Source: Octopus vulgaris (taxonomy: Eukaryota). Taken from it: DNA of 64,000 nt. Shown here in pieces: positions 37,166-50,993 of the stretch. The stretch is from NCBI GenBank assembly GCA_951406725.2, contig OX597814.1:140430001-140494000 (forward strand). The letters are read 5' to 3'. Made by a program: the position numbers and the translations under genes. Each line of letters opens with the position of its first letter. Positions within the stretch are counted from its first letter, which is position 1. The notes below the pieces were generated by a model that had not been told where the DNA came from, searched no databases, and saw only the letters and a list, made by a program, of their open reading frames with translations.

Positions 37166-37991
37166 AAGTTTAATTATGAAATACTGTAATATTGCACTGA
37201 GTTCAATAGTGTGTGAAGTACATGGCGTCACTAGTAAATTTCAGTAATGAGCCATGGTGGTTAACGTGTTAAACCAGATGACAAGTTCAGTTTATTACCC
37301 AAGTAGGCCATGGTAGGATTTGAATACAGAATGAAAAGAACTGGAACAAATAACAAATGGCATCTGGTCTAGTGTTCTTGAGTTCACAGCTCTTCACTGA
37401 TATTTTTTATTCACACCAAAAGGATAAATGGCAAAGATGATATTGGTGGGATTTGAACTCAGAGAGCAGAGATCTCAGTACAAACACCCATAGGCATTCT
37501 ATCCTATCCACTTATGGTTATTTAAATAAGTTGTGTCTTATATCCTTTTCTTGTTTCAGTCATTTGGACTGTGGCCATGCTGGGGCACCACATTGAAGTA
37601 TTTACTTGAACAAATCAACACTGGTACTTTTTTTAATCTGGTACTTATTTTATTGGTTTCTGCTGAACTGCTAAGTTATGATGATGCTAAAACTTTGAAG
37701 TCACAATCAATAATATATGTAGCAACATTTGAAATACTGTCCAGGTAAATTTAGCTGAAGGGAACTAATCAAATTTACAATAACAAACGTATTTGAAGAG
37801 TCTGAAACCTAGGTATTAGATTATCTGATTCTGAGTTTTCCATTTATTTAATGTTCTTCCTAGAGGTAAGATGAAATTTTTATATTTGCTGCCCTCACAT
37901 GTCTTTGCCAGTATATATACAGTGAAGCTTTACTATAGCGTTGTAAATTTATTGACTGCTATTTCCAGTAAACATTGATGTCTTGTTGTAC

Positions 37992-38036
<45 letters not shown>

Positions 38037-41000
38037 CGTCATCATTGTCATCATTGTTTAACATACGCTTTCCATGCTGGCATAGGTTGGACAGTTTGAC
38101 TGAGAACTGGCAAGACAGGAGGCTGCACCAGGCTCCAATCTGATTTGGCAAGGTTTCTACAGCTGGATGCCCTTCCTAATACCAACCACTCTAAGAGTGT
38201 AGAAGGTGTTTTTACATGCCACTAGCATGAGTGCCAGTCAGGTGGCACTGGCATTGGCCACAACTATGATTTCACTCGGTTCAACAGGTCTTCACAAGCA
38301 TGCCATATAGTGCAAAAACATGATAGTGTAGTGTATGCAGGTTGAATGGAAAGCTATTGTTTTTTTTATGAATTCTGCCAAATGGCAGTATGCTTGGCAT
38401 TTTGCCACTATCTCTATCCTGCTATCTCCCACTCTCTCTCTCCTTCTCCTGCACTTCTTTCAGGTTGGATAACCATGTATTTCCTTTGCGGTAGTGCACC
38501 TGTTTCTATCTTCATTCCTGATCACTCTCTCTGGCCGGGTAACTTTGTACTTCCTCTATAGCAAGACACCTGGTTCTGTCTCTTTGTCTCACTATAGCCT
38601 TTCATCATCTGACACAAGATCGCCTCTTCCAATGCCCCCTCTCCTCTTGAAAGTTTTTTTTTGTATTTTTTTTTTGTGTTGCAAGTACCCTCTCAGTGCA
38701 GGTGCCACTTAAAAGCTCCCAGTCCACACTGTAAAGCGGTTGGTGTTTGGAAGGGCATCCAGCTGTAAAAATCCTTGCCAAAACTGACCTCATCTATGCT
38801 TGTGTCAGGTAAAAAGCACAAAGTCCATTCTGCTGGGTGGTTGGTGTTAGGAAGGGCATCCAGCTGTAAAAATCCTGCAAAAAAAAAAACAATCACAGAA
38901 GTCTTATGCAGGCTTCTGCCTGGCCAGCTCTTGTAAAACCATCCCACCCATGCTAGCATGGAAGGTGGACATTAATCAATGATGATGATTATGATATATA
39001 TATATAAGTAGTTTATTTATTGTAACTAGGAATTACAGTTTCAAGATGACAAGGTCTGAGTTAGGTCTAGATGTCATAGGTTATGTTACTCTAAGTATTA
39101 TTTGTATAATTAAAGAATTGTAGTTTCATGTCTATTTATATTTTGTGCCTCTACTTAACATGGTAATAAGAATAAAGTATATAAAAGTGCACATAATACC
39201 CTATTTGGCTAATAGTGAATGCCTGTTATTTCCTTATGGAGTGCCTACTACCAGTGTAAAAACGATCAACATTGCCAAAAAAGATAAGACCCAATTATAA
39301 ATGAAGATGATGTAGATTAATGAGAAATAGCATGTTGCTATATGGAGAAATTTTTTTTTTAAATTCAGAAAGAATTTAAGAAGGGACAAATGGTAAATTG
39401 TTGATTTGAAGAGAAAAACAACCAGCTTAGTAGCTGGCCAAAATAAAGCACTTATCATAGCAGTTAGGAAAGATATTTAAAAGGTGGAGTTTGAGTAAGG
39501 AGGAGTGGTATGGTAAGTAGAGGGAGCAGAGACAGAAAGTAACAGTATACAGAAAAGCTATTTAAGTGGGAAGGGATCCATACAATACTCTCAATAGCCT
39601 TAATTTAGAATGCCTATTATGTATTTCATTTTTCCCAAGTAGCTGTAAGTTACACTCTTTGGAGATTGGTTATACATATAACCAACAAGTGACTATTTTG
39701 AGTTAGTTATTTGTTACATAGGATTCAATGTTGTCCACCTTCAGCTTATTTTTAAGAGTACAATATGTTTACCAAGAATAACATTCCAGTAGCATATTAG
39801 TTTTTCTATACAAAGGGAAAGGGCCGCCTTAGCAGCAACATAGGCCCCTGGGCAAATCAATGTACTTGAGCCTATAATATTGATTTTAAATTTTGGTACA
39901 AGGCCAGCAATTTCAGGGGAGGGGATAAGTTGTTTACACTGACCCCAGCACTCATCTGGTATTTATTTTATCAACCCTGAAAGGATGAAAGGCTAAGTCA
40001 GCCTCAACAGAATTTGAACTCAAAATGTAAAGAGGGACAAAATGGTGCAAAGTATTTTGTTCACCATGCTAACAATTCTGCCAGCTTGCTACCTTAAACA
40101 GGAAGCTGTAATATTGATTTATTGATAGTAAACCACAGCATACAAAGATCAGAAATGGACCTCTAAATCCACGTGGCTGCTGGGCAATTAACCAAAGTGT
40201 AAAGAGGTAACAACCTCCACCTCCTGCTGGTCTCTTCTTTGTCCATTTCTGGAGGAAAGAACATTCTGATTGGTCCTCTCTTCGCAACCCCTTAACACAG
40301 CATAGCTATGTATGTGTGTGTGTGTGTATATGAGAGGGGGTAAGAGAGGAAGAGACAGGGTGAGAGAGGGAGGGAGAAAAAATTGAATGGGACTTTATTG
40401 ACTCCAGAAAGATGAAAGGCAAAGTTGACCTTGGCAGGATCCAAACTCAGATCTCAAAGAACATGAATAAATTCTACAAGTCATTCTATCTGGTGTTCTA
40501 ATAACTATGCCAATTTGCCACTTCTCCATAGAGTTAATCAAGGATAGTTTTAATCTTTGGTCTATTTGTATTGGCTCCAGATTCTACAGCTATGTTTCAC
40601 AATTCCATGATAAGTTTGCTCAGAATGCTGGTGAGTCAGTGCTGAGTGAATCCCTGTGTTTTGTAGTATCTATGGTTCTTGGAAATGTTTTCCTGAGACA
40701 AAATACTACATCTACTGCCATTCCATATTTGTATATACATTATAAATGTTATACAGACATGTATTTTAATCTAAGGTTGTTTCAAAAGTGTATGTTAATT
40801 GCTTCAGATGTTTACATTTTCTTCTAAGATGCTGAATTCTGATGCAAGGTCAGATCTGGATCCCATTCATTGAGTTAACCCTGAATTATTCAAGATAATT
40901 CTAATCTGTTTACTGTTTGCATTGACTAAGATTCTGCAGTAATGCTTATCAAATTTAATAGCCATCATTTGCAAGCAAGAATGACTTGTACCAAGCTTTC

Positions 41001-44000
41001 ACGACTTATCTTTGATCCCTGTGTAGTTTCAAACAGACACAGATACCCTCTCACCTTTTGACCTAACAAAATATTCAGGATGTGACAAATGAATGAAGAG
41101 GGCTATATCAGCACAGGGCTGTTACTTGTTTCAGCTGAGTACACTGGAGTAATGGTAAATGAAGTGCCTTGCTCAAAGCACTGCCCAATCCGGAAATCAA
41201 AACCCATACCTTATGCTTGTGACTCCAACTGCTTAATCATTTGGCCGTACACTTAATAATTCCATGTACATCATCCCTCTATAAAATGTGTTACCCCTTC
41301 AGTGTTTAAACCGGCCATAATATTCCACCTGTTTTATCTTCAAACTGGTCAGATATGGTCTTTCATAGCTACTTTACAGTATAATTTTAAAAATAAACAA
41401 CCACATCATTGAAATCTCAAAGCCATGGAATAATGCATGATTAATTTAAAATGGTGTGAGTACATAAGCTTTACATTTGACAGAATAATCTGATTGCGAA
41501 AGGGTTAAACCAAATAGGTATTCTCTTCAAACCTACTGGTAACTGGAAGATTTTCTGGAGTTTGACTTCTTCAGCTCTTGTCCCAATGCTACATTATAAG
41601 AATTACAGCTTGATAATCATTTCTTGTTGTGGTGATCTGATAACTTTGCTACAACAATCGAAAGTATAGACATTTTTTTATTGCTTGTTCAATCTGGGAT
41701 GAAATGTCTTTGTCAGCTCAGTAAATTTTTTAAATACTTTTCTTTATTTTTTATTTGTGTCATGTACTCGTGAATAAATACTATGTTCTATTTATAAATG
41801 TGAAAGTTTCTTCACAAACAAGTAAGAAATTTAATAAAACTCATTGAATAATCTGGAAACTACTGCTCCACAAGATAGAAATATATGTGTTGACCTCTTA
41901 TGATTCTGACTGTCACCAAACTCACCTCCAATGTGTTCACCTTATATGTTCTTTCAGTTAAGAATATTCTATACTCTTTACTCTTTTACTTGTTTCAGTC
42001 ATTTGACTGTGGCCATGCTGGAGCACCGCCTTTAGTTGAGCAAATCGACCGCAGGACCTATTCTTTGTAAGCCAGGTACTTATTCTATTGGTCTCTTTTG
42101 CCAAACCACTAAGTTACGGGAACATAAACATACCAGCATCGGTTGTCAAGCGATGTTCGGGGGACAAACACAGACACACAAACATATACACACATACATA
42201 CATATGTATATACATATATACGATAGGCTTCTTTCAGTTTCCGCCTACCAAATCCACTCACAAGGCTTTGGTTGGCCCGAGGCTATAGAAGAAGACATTG
42301 CCCAAGATGTTATGCAGTAGGACTGAACCCGGAACCATGTGGTTTGTAAGCAAGCTACTTACCACACAGCCACTCCTACACCTATATATCTATATTCATC
42401 TCATCATCATCATCATTTAATGTCCGTTTGCCATGCTGGCAATGGTTTGGACAGTTTGACAGGAGCTGGTCAGCTGAAGAGCTGCCTGAGCTCCATGTCT
42501 GTTTTGGCATGGTCTCTACAGCTGGATGCTCTTCCTAACACCAACCACTTTACACAGTGTACTGGGTCCTTTTATGTGACACCAGCATGGGTTAGTTTTA
42601 TGTGGTACCAGCACCCACAAGCCTCCACAGTTAAGAGCACCCAGCTGAAGATGGATGTAGGTGATATGCCTGGATGCAAGTGAAACCACAAATTTACTTA
42701 CCTTGACATGTCTTCTCAAGAATAGTTAAGCACCAGGAGTCCCAGTACCCTGTCATCCCCTCTGTTGTGTATATGAATGTGTATTTTAGACATGTACGGA
42801 TGTATATACTTCTATGTACTTGTACGTGCATATGTGTATATCAGGCATGTGCTGTCAGTAATTACTCAGGGTAGGCAGTTGGTGACCTTTATGTAGTAAA
42901 ACACACAAAAAATAAATGAAACACAGGCACACGACTGAATTGAAGGCAGATTTACTTCTGCCTTTAGAGCACGTAAAGAAAACAGTGTTGTAGGAGTGTA
43001 CACAGCACATGTACTACAGTAGTACTATGCATAGTTTAAATACCGAGATTGAAAGGCAAGTGCGAATTATACCTACCTAATCTACAAAAAAATAAAATAT
43101 TTTGCATTTTATGCCTAGTAATCAGAATAACCTTCATAAGTTTATTGCATATTTTGCCATAAAAGGAAAATATTGCTATTGATCTATTTCAAGGTATATA
43201 TATTGTTGATATTATGTTCAACTGTTGTATGTCCAAATTTGGCTAAATGCGATTTTTTCAATATTTATTTTTGCTTGCAATAGCCAGTTCTTTTGGTCAA
43301 ACTATCATATCTCCAGCTGCTTCAGATGCCAAGATATCAAAAATTGTCAAAGTGTAGTACAATGGTTTTGCTATGGAATAGTGAAACTAGTTTTTTTTGC
43401 ATAATAGCAATGATATGTATATATATGTACCAGTGAATGAGGCTGTATATGTATGTGTGTTTACTCCTACTGCCTAAATAATCTAGGACAGTCTAAATTA
43501 AGAATATTCAATGGCTCTTTTCCCACTAAGTCCTGTTTCCCTTTGTCTTTGCTTCTTCTATTTACTATGCCAATCCTCTTTATTCAAATTTCACTTTTTA
43601 TTTTTTAGCCCCATCCGCTTGTTCACATCACACCTCTGTCTGCTGATCTCTTGTAACACCTCCCTTAGTCTTCTCTCTTTCAACTTCAATTCCTTCATCA
43701 TTTACCTGCCTGCAGCTCAAGATGACAACACCTCCTACTCTCTTTCTTCTCATCATTCCTCTCTCTCTGAACTTAACCAAACTATAAGCACTTGTGTAAA
43801 ATAATTGAAAACTGAAAGTGGATCACAGACATGATTTACTAATACGGGAACCATAGACACTATTGCCTATAGTTTAGAAATATAAGGTCCTAGTTTAAAT
43901 CCAGCATGGTATTATGTAAACATCAAGGATGAAAACTGGATGAAAACCCTTGATCGTTAATGGTGATCAAAGCAATCAAAAGTATAATGTACTCTTTTAT

Positions 44001-45169
44001 GTGTTTCAGTCATTTGACTGTGACCATGCTGGAGCACTGCCTTTAGTCGAGCAAATCAACCCCAGGATTTATTCTTTGTAAGCCTAGTACTTATTCTATT
44101 GGTCTCTTTTGCCGAACCGCTAAGTTACAGGAATGTAAACACACCAGCATCGGTTGTCAAGCAATGTTGGGGGGACAAACACAGACACACAAACATATAC
44201 ACACACATACATACATATATATATACACATATATACGATGGGCTTCTTTGAGTTTCTGTCTACCAAATCCACTCACAAGGCTTTGGTTGGCCTGAGGCTA
44301 TAATAGAAAACACTTGCCCAAGTTGCCACACAGTGGGACTGAACCCGGAACCATGCGGTTCATAAGCAAGCTACTTACCACACAGCCACTCCTACACCTA
44401 GTAGTATAAAAATTATCATTATTAGTTTTTTACATGCAACTCTTCCATGCTGGCATGGGTAGGGTGCTATTCTGAAACAATATTCTACTGCTGGATACCT
44501 GTTTTTTAATCAACCTTTTTAGTTGTCTTATATGATACACAGGGACATGGGGAACCTATTTTAAAAAAAGAGATTTCAGATAAGAGTGCTCCTATTCATA
44601 GCTTAGTTAAAGGAAGGACAGCAATGAAGACCTTTTCTAGGACCTCAACGACTAATGGTAATAAGGGATACGGCTATATCTTCAGATCAAAAAACTGGCT
44701 AAAATGCTTGCAATAAAGTGGGCGTCACTAAAGGCATCAACAAGCCAGGTAGGGGTGTTAAACTGTGGGTCAGATTAAGTCTACCACCTAAAATTAGAAA
44801 TGGTCCCTCTGATGGGATTCGATATAATTTCTATCATATGACATATATTTTACTAAAACAATGTCTCAAAAAAAATCACCCTGGGTCATACATACAAAGT
44901 TAAGCATTTATTGCATGTTTTACATGTACTGCTGAAAATCCATCTCAAATGCCATCAAATACAGGAAATACATGAAGGCCAGTCAGGCGGTACTGGCATT
45001 GGCTATGCTTGAATGGTGCTTTTTACATGCCACTAGCAACAATCATGCTCAAATGGTGCTTTTTATGTGTCACCAGCATGGGACCAGTCAGGCGGCGCTG
45101 GTATCAACTATGTTCACATGGTGTTTTTTACGTATCACCAGCACGTGTGCCAATCAAGCAGTATTGTCA

Positions 45170-45595
45170 TTAACCACAATGATGAATTCACTTGTCTCCA
45201 CAGGTCTTTGCAAGCACAGTTTATTTCTCAATGATTGAAGGGTATTCTTAAATGAACTGGTTATGCTGCACTGGCATAAGCCACGGTTACGGTCTTACTT
45301 GGCTTGCTGGGTCTTCTCAAGCACAGGATATCTCCAAAAGTCTCAGTCACTTGCCATTGCTTCGGTGAGGTCCAACGTTTGAAGGTTGTGCTTCAACACC
45401 TCATCCCAGGTCTACCTCTTCCACAGGTTCCCTATTCTACTAGGGTGTGATACTTTTTCACACCACTATCCTCATCCATATGCAACACATGACCATACCA
45501 ACGCAGTCATCTCTCTTGCACACCACATCTGTTGCTTATTATGTCCAACTTTTATCTCAGGGTGCTTACACTCTGTTGTGTAAGCACACTGACAT
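45170..45595 (-). mobile_element. RTE/BovB-like LINE 3' fragment
   Basis: Minus strand reads RCGVQER*LRWYGHVLHMDEDSGVKK...GTCGRGRP..WDEVLK, followed by a 3' UTR that continues into the ccagtcaggcgg repeats shared with the (GAT)n SINE. Confidence 0.8.
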
Positions 45596-46828
45596 TACAC
45601 AACCAGCAGAGCATATTAGCATATATATATATATACACACAACAGGCTTCTTTCTGTTTCCATCTACCAAATCCACTCACAAGGCTTTGGTTGGCCTGAG
45701 TCTATAGTAGAAGATACTTACCCAAGGTGCTACACAGTGGGACTGAACCTGGGTCCATGAGGTTGGGAAGCAAGCTTCTTACCACATATGTATGTATGTA
45801 TTTAGTGCTGGATGTCAGATGAAAGAGTACTTGATATGACAGTAGAGATAAATAATATTTTATTTTTGTTTGAGTCTAAGTCTCTTGATACTCTGAGTTT
45901 TGTCTGAGTTCCACAAGGTATTTAGGTGAAACTCAGTGTAGCAAGGCACTGACTTAACCAAAATAAAAATAGGTGTGTGTGTGTGAGAATGTAGTGATTG
46001 TGTAAGTGCCTATTTAGAACATTTGCTTAAACCGGTTAAAAACTTACAATCATGTGACGTTAATTAGATGCTGCTGATGAAATATATTTCTAAATTTAAC
46101 AAACAGAAATAATGTACCAGCCTAAGAAGCAGCCTTTAATCTGACCTTCTTAGTCTTCTATTATAATTCCATGTGCTTCATTCTCACTTACCAGAAACAG
46201 CCAGGTAAGTGAATGAAATTCAAAGCGCGTCTCCATTCAACTCTTTCAAAGTCTTCAGTCGCTTGCTCTGACTGACTATCTCCTATACTTTGAATACTTC
46301 TCCTTCCTTAACCCCCACCTTTTTTTTTTTACCATATTTGTGTTAAAATACACTGCTCTCCTTTCAATTTTAAAAATAACGAAAAATTTAGTAAAATAAC
46401 ATTTCCATTTTTAAGCTCATGTATTAACATGAAATTTTGAAGGAAGGTTTTAATTTCAGTTACTTAAATCCCATTGTCACCATATTTCTGTTGAAATACA
46501 CTGCCTTCGGTTCAATTAATTTAAAAAATAATGAAGAATTTAGTAAAATAACTGTCATTATTAAGCTGGTGTTTGGAACATAAATTTATATAAACTTTTG
46601 ATAGACAGTTTTAATTTAGAGTACATTAAAATGGAGTTTATATCATAAGACCAAGAGTGGTCTTAGGCAGGTTGGTATCAAAGAGTTAAGGACCACCAGT
46701 AAAGCTTTTGCAGAGCTAGAGAACACTTTGAAATCTAGTCTCCCTTATCACTCATCAGCAGGCTATTGCTCCCAAGAAATTTGATGAAAGTATAATTTTT
46801 ATTGTTGGTATCAATAAATTTTTGCACG

Positions 46829-47060
46829 AGCAGGCAGTTTTGATAAGAGATTCATGTGTTAGGCATGAATCTCTTATTAAAACTGCCTGCTATGAATCTC
46901 TTATTAAAACTGCCTGCTTATGGTTTCCATCCACATTTTGTGTCTTGGATCAGAAGCCTCTTTGTCAGAGCACATGATCGTGACAGCAGGTGTATTATGG
47001 AGCTCTCTCTTTTTCTCATTCACATCCTTCTGCTGATACATCAATGACCTACTTACCTTC
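46829..47060 (+). mobile_element. Decayed CR1/L2/Jockey-type RT fragment with rearranged 5' junction
   Basis: LLLKLPAYGFHPHFVSWIRS resembles the LL.KL..YG......WI.SFL RT segment. It is preceded by one inverted and one tandem copy of a 27-28 bp segment. Confidence 0.6.
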
Positions 47061-47619
47061 ACCTGTTACAATACCCACTTCCCACAATTTTGAATATACA
47101 TTCATACATTCTCATGCAAATACAACACGCAGTGTGTTGTTTTTCCATGAGAGTGAATGTGTGTGTGTGTTTTCAAGGTGCGATGAGAAAACCAGCCAGA
47201 TTGGCCATTCTTTATTGTGTAAAGTATGAGGTTTTCCTATTATGACTGTCTGTCCATCATCATTATCATCAACAGCAACAAGGACAAAGGCAACGACAAT
47301 ATTTAGTGTCCGTTTTCAATGCCAGCAAGGATTGGATGGTTTAACCATGATGTAACAAGCTGCAGGACTACATTGAGCTCCAGTGTCTGCTTTGGCTGGT
47401 TGCCTTTCCTCATGTCAACCACTTTACAACATATACAGGGTGCTTTTTCGTAATCCCTGTCTGTACCTATTTTCTTGCAGCCACTGACTTAACAACAGTT
47501 AAAGTGAAACATTGCTGGTATCCATCTTACCAGTGCTGAAAGGTCTGTAAATGCCATGGCTCTAGCCTCTTCCTCCAGTGAAACAAACCCTTAAATACAT
47601 GCAGAATATATTTATATAT

Positions 47620-47828
47620 GAGGTGCTGAAAAGTTCCTGGTTTTGGGTAAAAGAAATTACAGGAGGATCAGTTAATTATGATTTCATTTTACATATTTCC
47701 CTCTCTGATTCACACACTAATTGCAGTGGTCCTTCAGTTTTTCTAAGCTCTGTAAAAGAACTTGGAAGGTTGGGCCTCCAACCGGACATTTTGCAATACA
47801 CTTAAAACCAGGAACTTTTCAGCACCCA
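47620..47828. mobile_element. Mariner-like MITE
   Basis: TIRs ggtgctgaaaagttcctggtttt / aaaaccaggaacttttcagcacc. Confidence 0.8.
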
Positions 47829-48988
47829 CCCCCACCGTGTGTGTATGTGGAGAGAGAGAGGGGGGGAGCAGCCCATGGTTAACACTCGGGATCTTTACAT
47901 GCTCTGAATTAAATTGCGCCAAGGTTAACTTTGCTTTTTATTCCAATAGAGTCAATAAAAAAATTCATGATCTAAGATGCTTTATAATAATATTGAATCG
48001 TTCTTAGTACTACTAGCATTTCATGTTATTGACAACGTACAGGTGAAAAGGCAACGTTGACCTTTGCATGATTTGGGCTCATGGATTTTGTCCATCGCTC
48101 TTACGACGCTGCTAACTGTTCAATCATCTTAAAATAACAGCTAAATATCTTTTAAAATTATTCCCCGACCGTTTTAAAAAATTGAAGGATATCTTAGAGA
48201 ATGTAGTCCTAAATAGTTTAGCTGCAAACAAGACGAGATGGCCACGGTTGGTATACTTATGATGATAGGTCTGCTCAATCAGGGTTGACCTGAATTGAAC
48301 AAGTGTATTGAAAGTATTCAACTAACAATCAGAAGTGCAACAAAAGTTATTTATTTATAGTACTGAAATGCTTATAAGAAAGCAATTAATAAGGCCTTCC
48401 GTTAGATAATACTTTTGTTCTTTTATGACAATTCTCACGCATAAAATTAAACTTGTTACCAAGGTCAACAGCATTTCGTGAGAGACTGTCAAGGACTCAC
48501 GTTTTCCGTTAGTCAACAAGAATTAATGAGCTTGAAAGACAATTTTACGGGCATTTTGGGGAGAGGCACGTAGCTTAATATATCATAGATGTTACTTTTC
48601 TAAATCATTAAGAATTTTTTAAATGAATACAGTTGCAGAATATTACACACATATACAATCTTTTTCCACTGGTCGAAATATAAACTCCACAGGTAGTTTT
48701 GGGATTTGCATTTGATCCCATAAAACGGGCACTAATTAATGCCTAGAAATATCACAATTAAAATCATAAAAGATTATACAAAATACTTAGTGCCACCGAA
48801 TGATGTAGGAAATCGATTTCGATATGATTATCTTTTTTCTTTATTAGGGAACTGAATTTACAATTGGTGGAAAACCAGTAAGAAAAACGTTTTCCGTTTG
48901 AAGGCTGCTACTCATTTTAAATGTCCCTAAGGAAGATAAAAATTACGCAATGTTATTCTCTCAATGGACCTAAATCAGAACGTAAAAC

Positions 48989-49066
48989 ATTAACACTACA
49001 AATGATGAAGAAAAAGATACCAAAAAGATTAGCACTACAAATGATGAAGAAAAAGATACCAATCAT
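48989..49066. repeat. 39-bp tandem duplication
   Basis: atta(a/g)cactacaaatgatgaagaaaaagataccaa x2, ending just before a strong donor AG|GTAAGT (49068/49069). Confidence 0.9.
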
Positions 49067-49952
49067 AGGTAAGTTTAGATTATAAAACTTAAACCTGTCA
49101 GCTTTTGCTTAAAGTTTAATGTAATGTTCATATTTCCGAAAATTCAACAGCTGTTAATTTAGTTTAAGAACTGTTTTTCAAATAGTAGATAATTTAACAT
49201 AAAATCAATGTTGTATTAGGTTCTTCCCTGGTGAAAACCGTTTTTTTAAAAACACAATTATAAAATATTTGTAAGGTATATAAATTCTAAGTTAAGGTAT
49301 GAACTCAAAGTTAAACAAAATAAAATATCTTCAAAGTTTCGGCGGAGTTCAGGAGTTCGTAAAAATATCTCCTACTCATTCTAATGTTTCTAAATAAAAT
49401 TTTAGGTTCGCCAAATAATTTCTATGATTTAAATATATATTTTCCTTTCATCCTTCAACAAATTTTACGAGTAACAGCCGTGTTGGCACTTATACAAAGT
49501 ACCACTATTTGTGAAACGTTTGCACATTGATAAATAAATAAATGAAAACACAAAAAGTAAATGTCCTAAAAGAATAAAATGAAAACATATAAACGAAGTT
49601 AACTAGTTTTAATAAATTTCATTCATCCCTTGTTTTAATTCAATCTTTTAAAATAAAAAATAAATTGCAACAAATGAATTAAATGAAAGTTTGTTTACGA
49701 CACCGTCTCAAAGTAAGAACGACTACTGCGTGTCTGCTAAATGACAATTATAATAATCGTTATTATTATTATTTCTAATTTAAGTACAAGGCCAGTACAT
49801 TTAAAGGAAGAGGTTAGTTGATGCCATCGGTCTCAGTACTTGACCGATACTTTATTTTATCGACCCTAGAAAGATAAAAGCAAAGTTGATCTCGGTGAGA
49901 TTTCTTTACGTTCTGAGTTCAAATCCCACCGATGTCAACTTTGCCTTTCGTC

Positions 49953-50111
49953 CAGTGCCGCCTTAAGGCATGGGTACACTGGACGGTTGACCGGAGGCCT
50001 CATAGACACAGGGGCCCAATTCTGATCTATGCATACTGTCAATAAATAATATAGAGCCTAGTGTATTGATTTGCCCGGGGACATATAAATATTGCTGCTA
50101 AGATAGCTGTG
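49953..50111. mobile_element. hAT-like MITE inserted in a Nin-type SINE
   Basis: Starts cagtgccgccttaa; 8-bp TSD ctttcgtc / cttgcgtc. A related end lies at 39820-39875. Confidence 0.65.
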
Positions 50112-50349
50112 CTTGCGTCCCTCTGGGATCGATAAAATAAGGTTACCAGATACGTTCTAGAGTAGATGTAATCGACTGATACCCTCATCTCAAAATTGCT
50201 GCCCTTATACGTAAATCAGAAACCATTATTTTTACTCTATATTAGTAAATAATAATAATAATGGTTTCTGATGTTACTACTAATAATATTATTGCAACTC
50301 TGCAAATTTTTTTTACAAAAGATTACGAACATAATGTCTATAATTTTTA

Positions 50350-50937
50350 GGTAATATTAATCAGTATGCAAGACCCGGTTCCGCATGGTCGGCATCTGTT
50401 AAGGAAAGGAATTGTAAATGACCTCGATTGAGAGATATCATTAGCGGCTTTTCCGATATACATGCGCTGCTGTAAGTGAACCACGTCACCGCCGTTGGAG
50501 CTTTGGCAGTCGTGAAACACATCGCCAGCGTCACTATCGTAAAGTAGTAGAGGCAGACAACATGAAAACAGTTCTACTACTTCCACTACTACTATTTTAG
50601 ACACTTAGAGACACAGAACAGGAACTATATTGGTTTGGGCATGGCCATTTGACGATCGCAAAATCACGACTGCTACGACGATAAACAGCATTTGTTCTGA
50701 AGAGAAATCACACGCACACGCAAAAACAGACATATACATACATACATCTCTGTAATCTTTATAAACAAGTAACATTGTCCCTAAGGGACCGTCTTTTTTA
50801 TCGTCGTCTCTCACTAGAAATCAACCTATCTCTCTCTCTCACACATACACACAAAGCAGACATTTGGATATTTACCACGGCATGCTTTACCATAATCCAG
50901 TTACTACTTTATCTACCATTCTTCTATCCTAGACTTC
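50350..50937 (+). promoter_or_regulatory. Candidate promoter / 5' UTR (CpG-rich unique sequence)
   Basis: Visibly dense CG dinucleotides, no SINEs, short CA/CT tracts typical of 5' UTRs, directly upstream of the signal-peptide exon. Inference only. Confidence 0.35.
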
Positions 50938-50993
50938 ATGGGGACCAAGACGCAGATTGTCAAGTTCTGCTTCCTTCTAATATTATGCCTGAC
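50938..50993 (+). CDS. Candidate first coding exon encoding a signal peptide (MGTKTQIVKFCFLLILCL-T), secreted or membrane protein
   Basis: ATG followed by a basic n-region and a hydrophobic h-region, ending at a consensus donor AC|GTAAGT (phase 2). Lies in repeat-poor, CpG-retaining unique sequence. Downstream exons not identified. Confidence 0.5.

Noticed and set aside
40532-40630. Candidate + strand exon ending ctg|gtgagt (similar isolated candidates near 19857, 23994, 24205, 36498, 44686)
   Set aside because: Splice signals are plausible, but no recognisable protein or consistent exon chain could be assembled; needs RNA-seq.
46178-46218. Strong donor CAG|GTAAGT at 46204 facing an opposite-strand donor
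   Set aside because: Both belong to one short inverted repeat (cacttacc/ggtaagtg); no supported exon.
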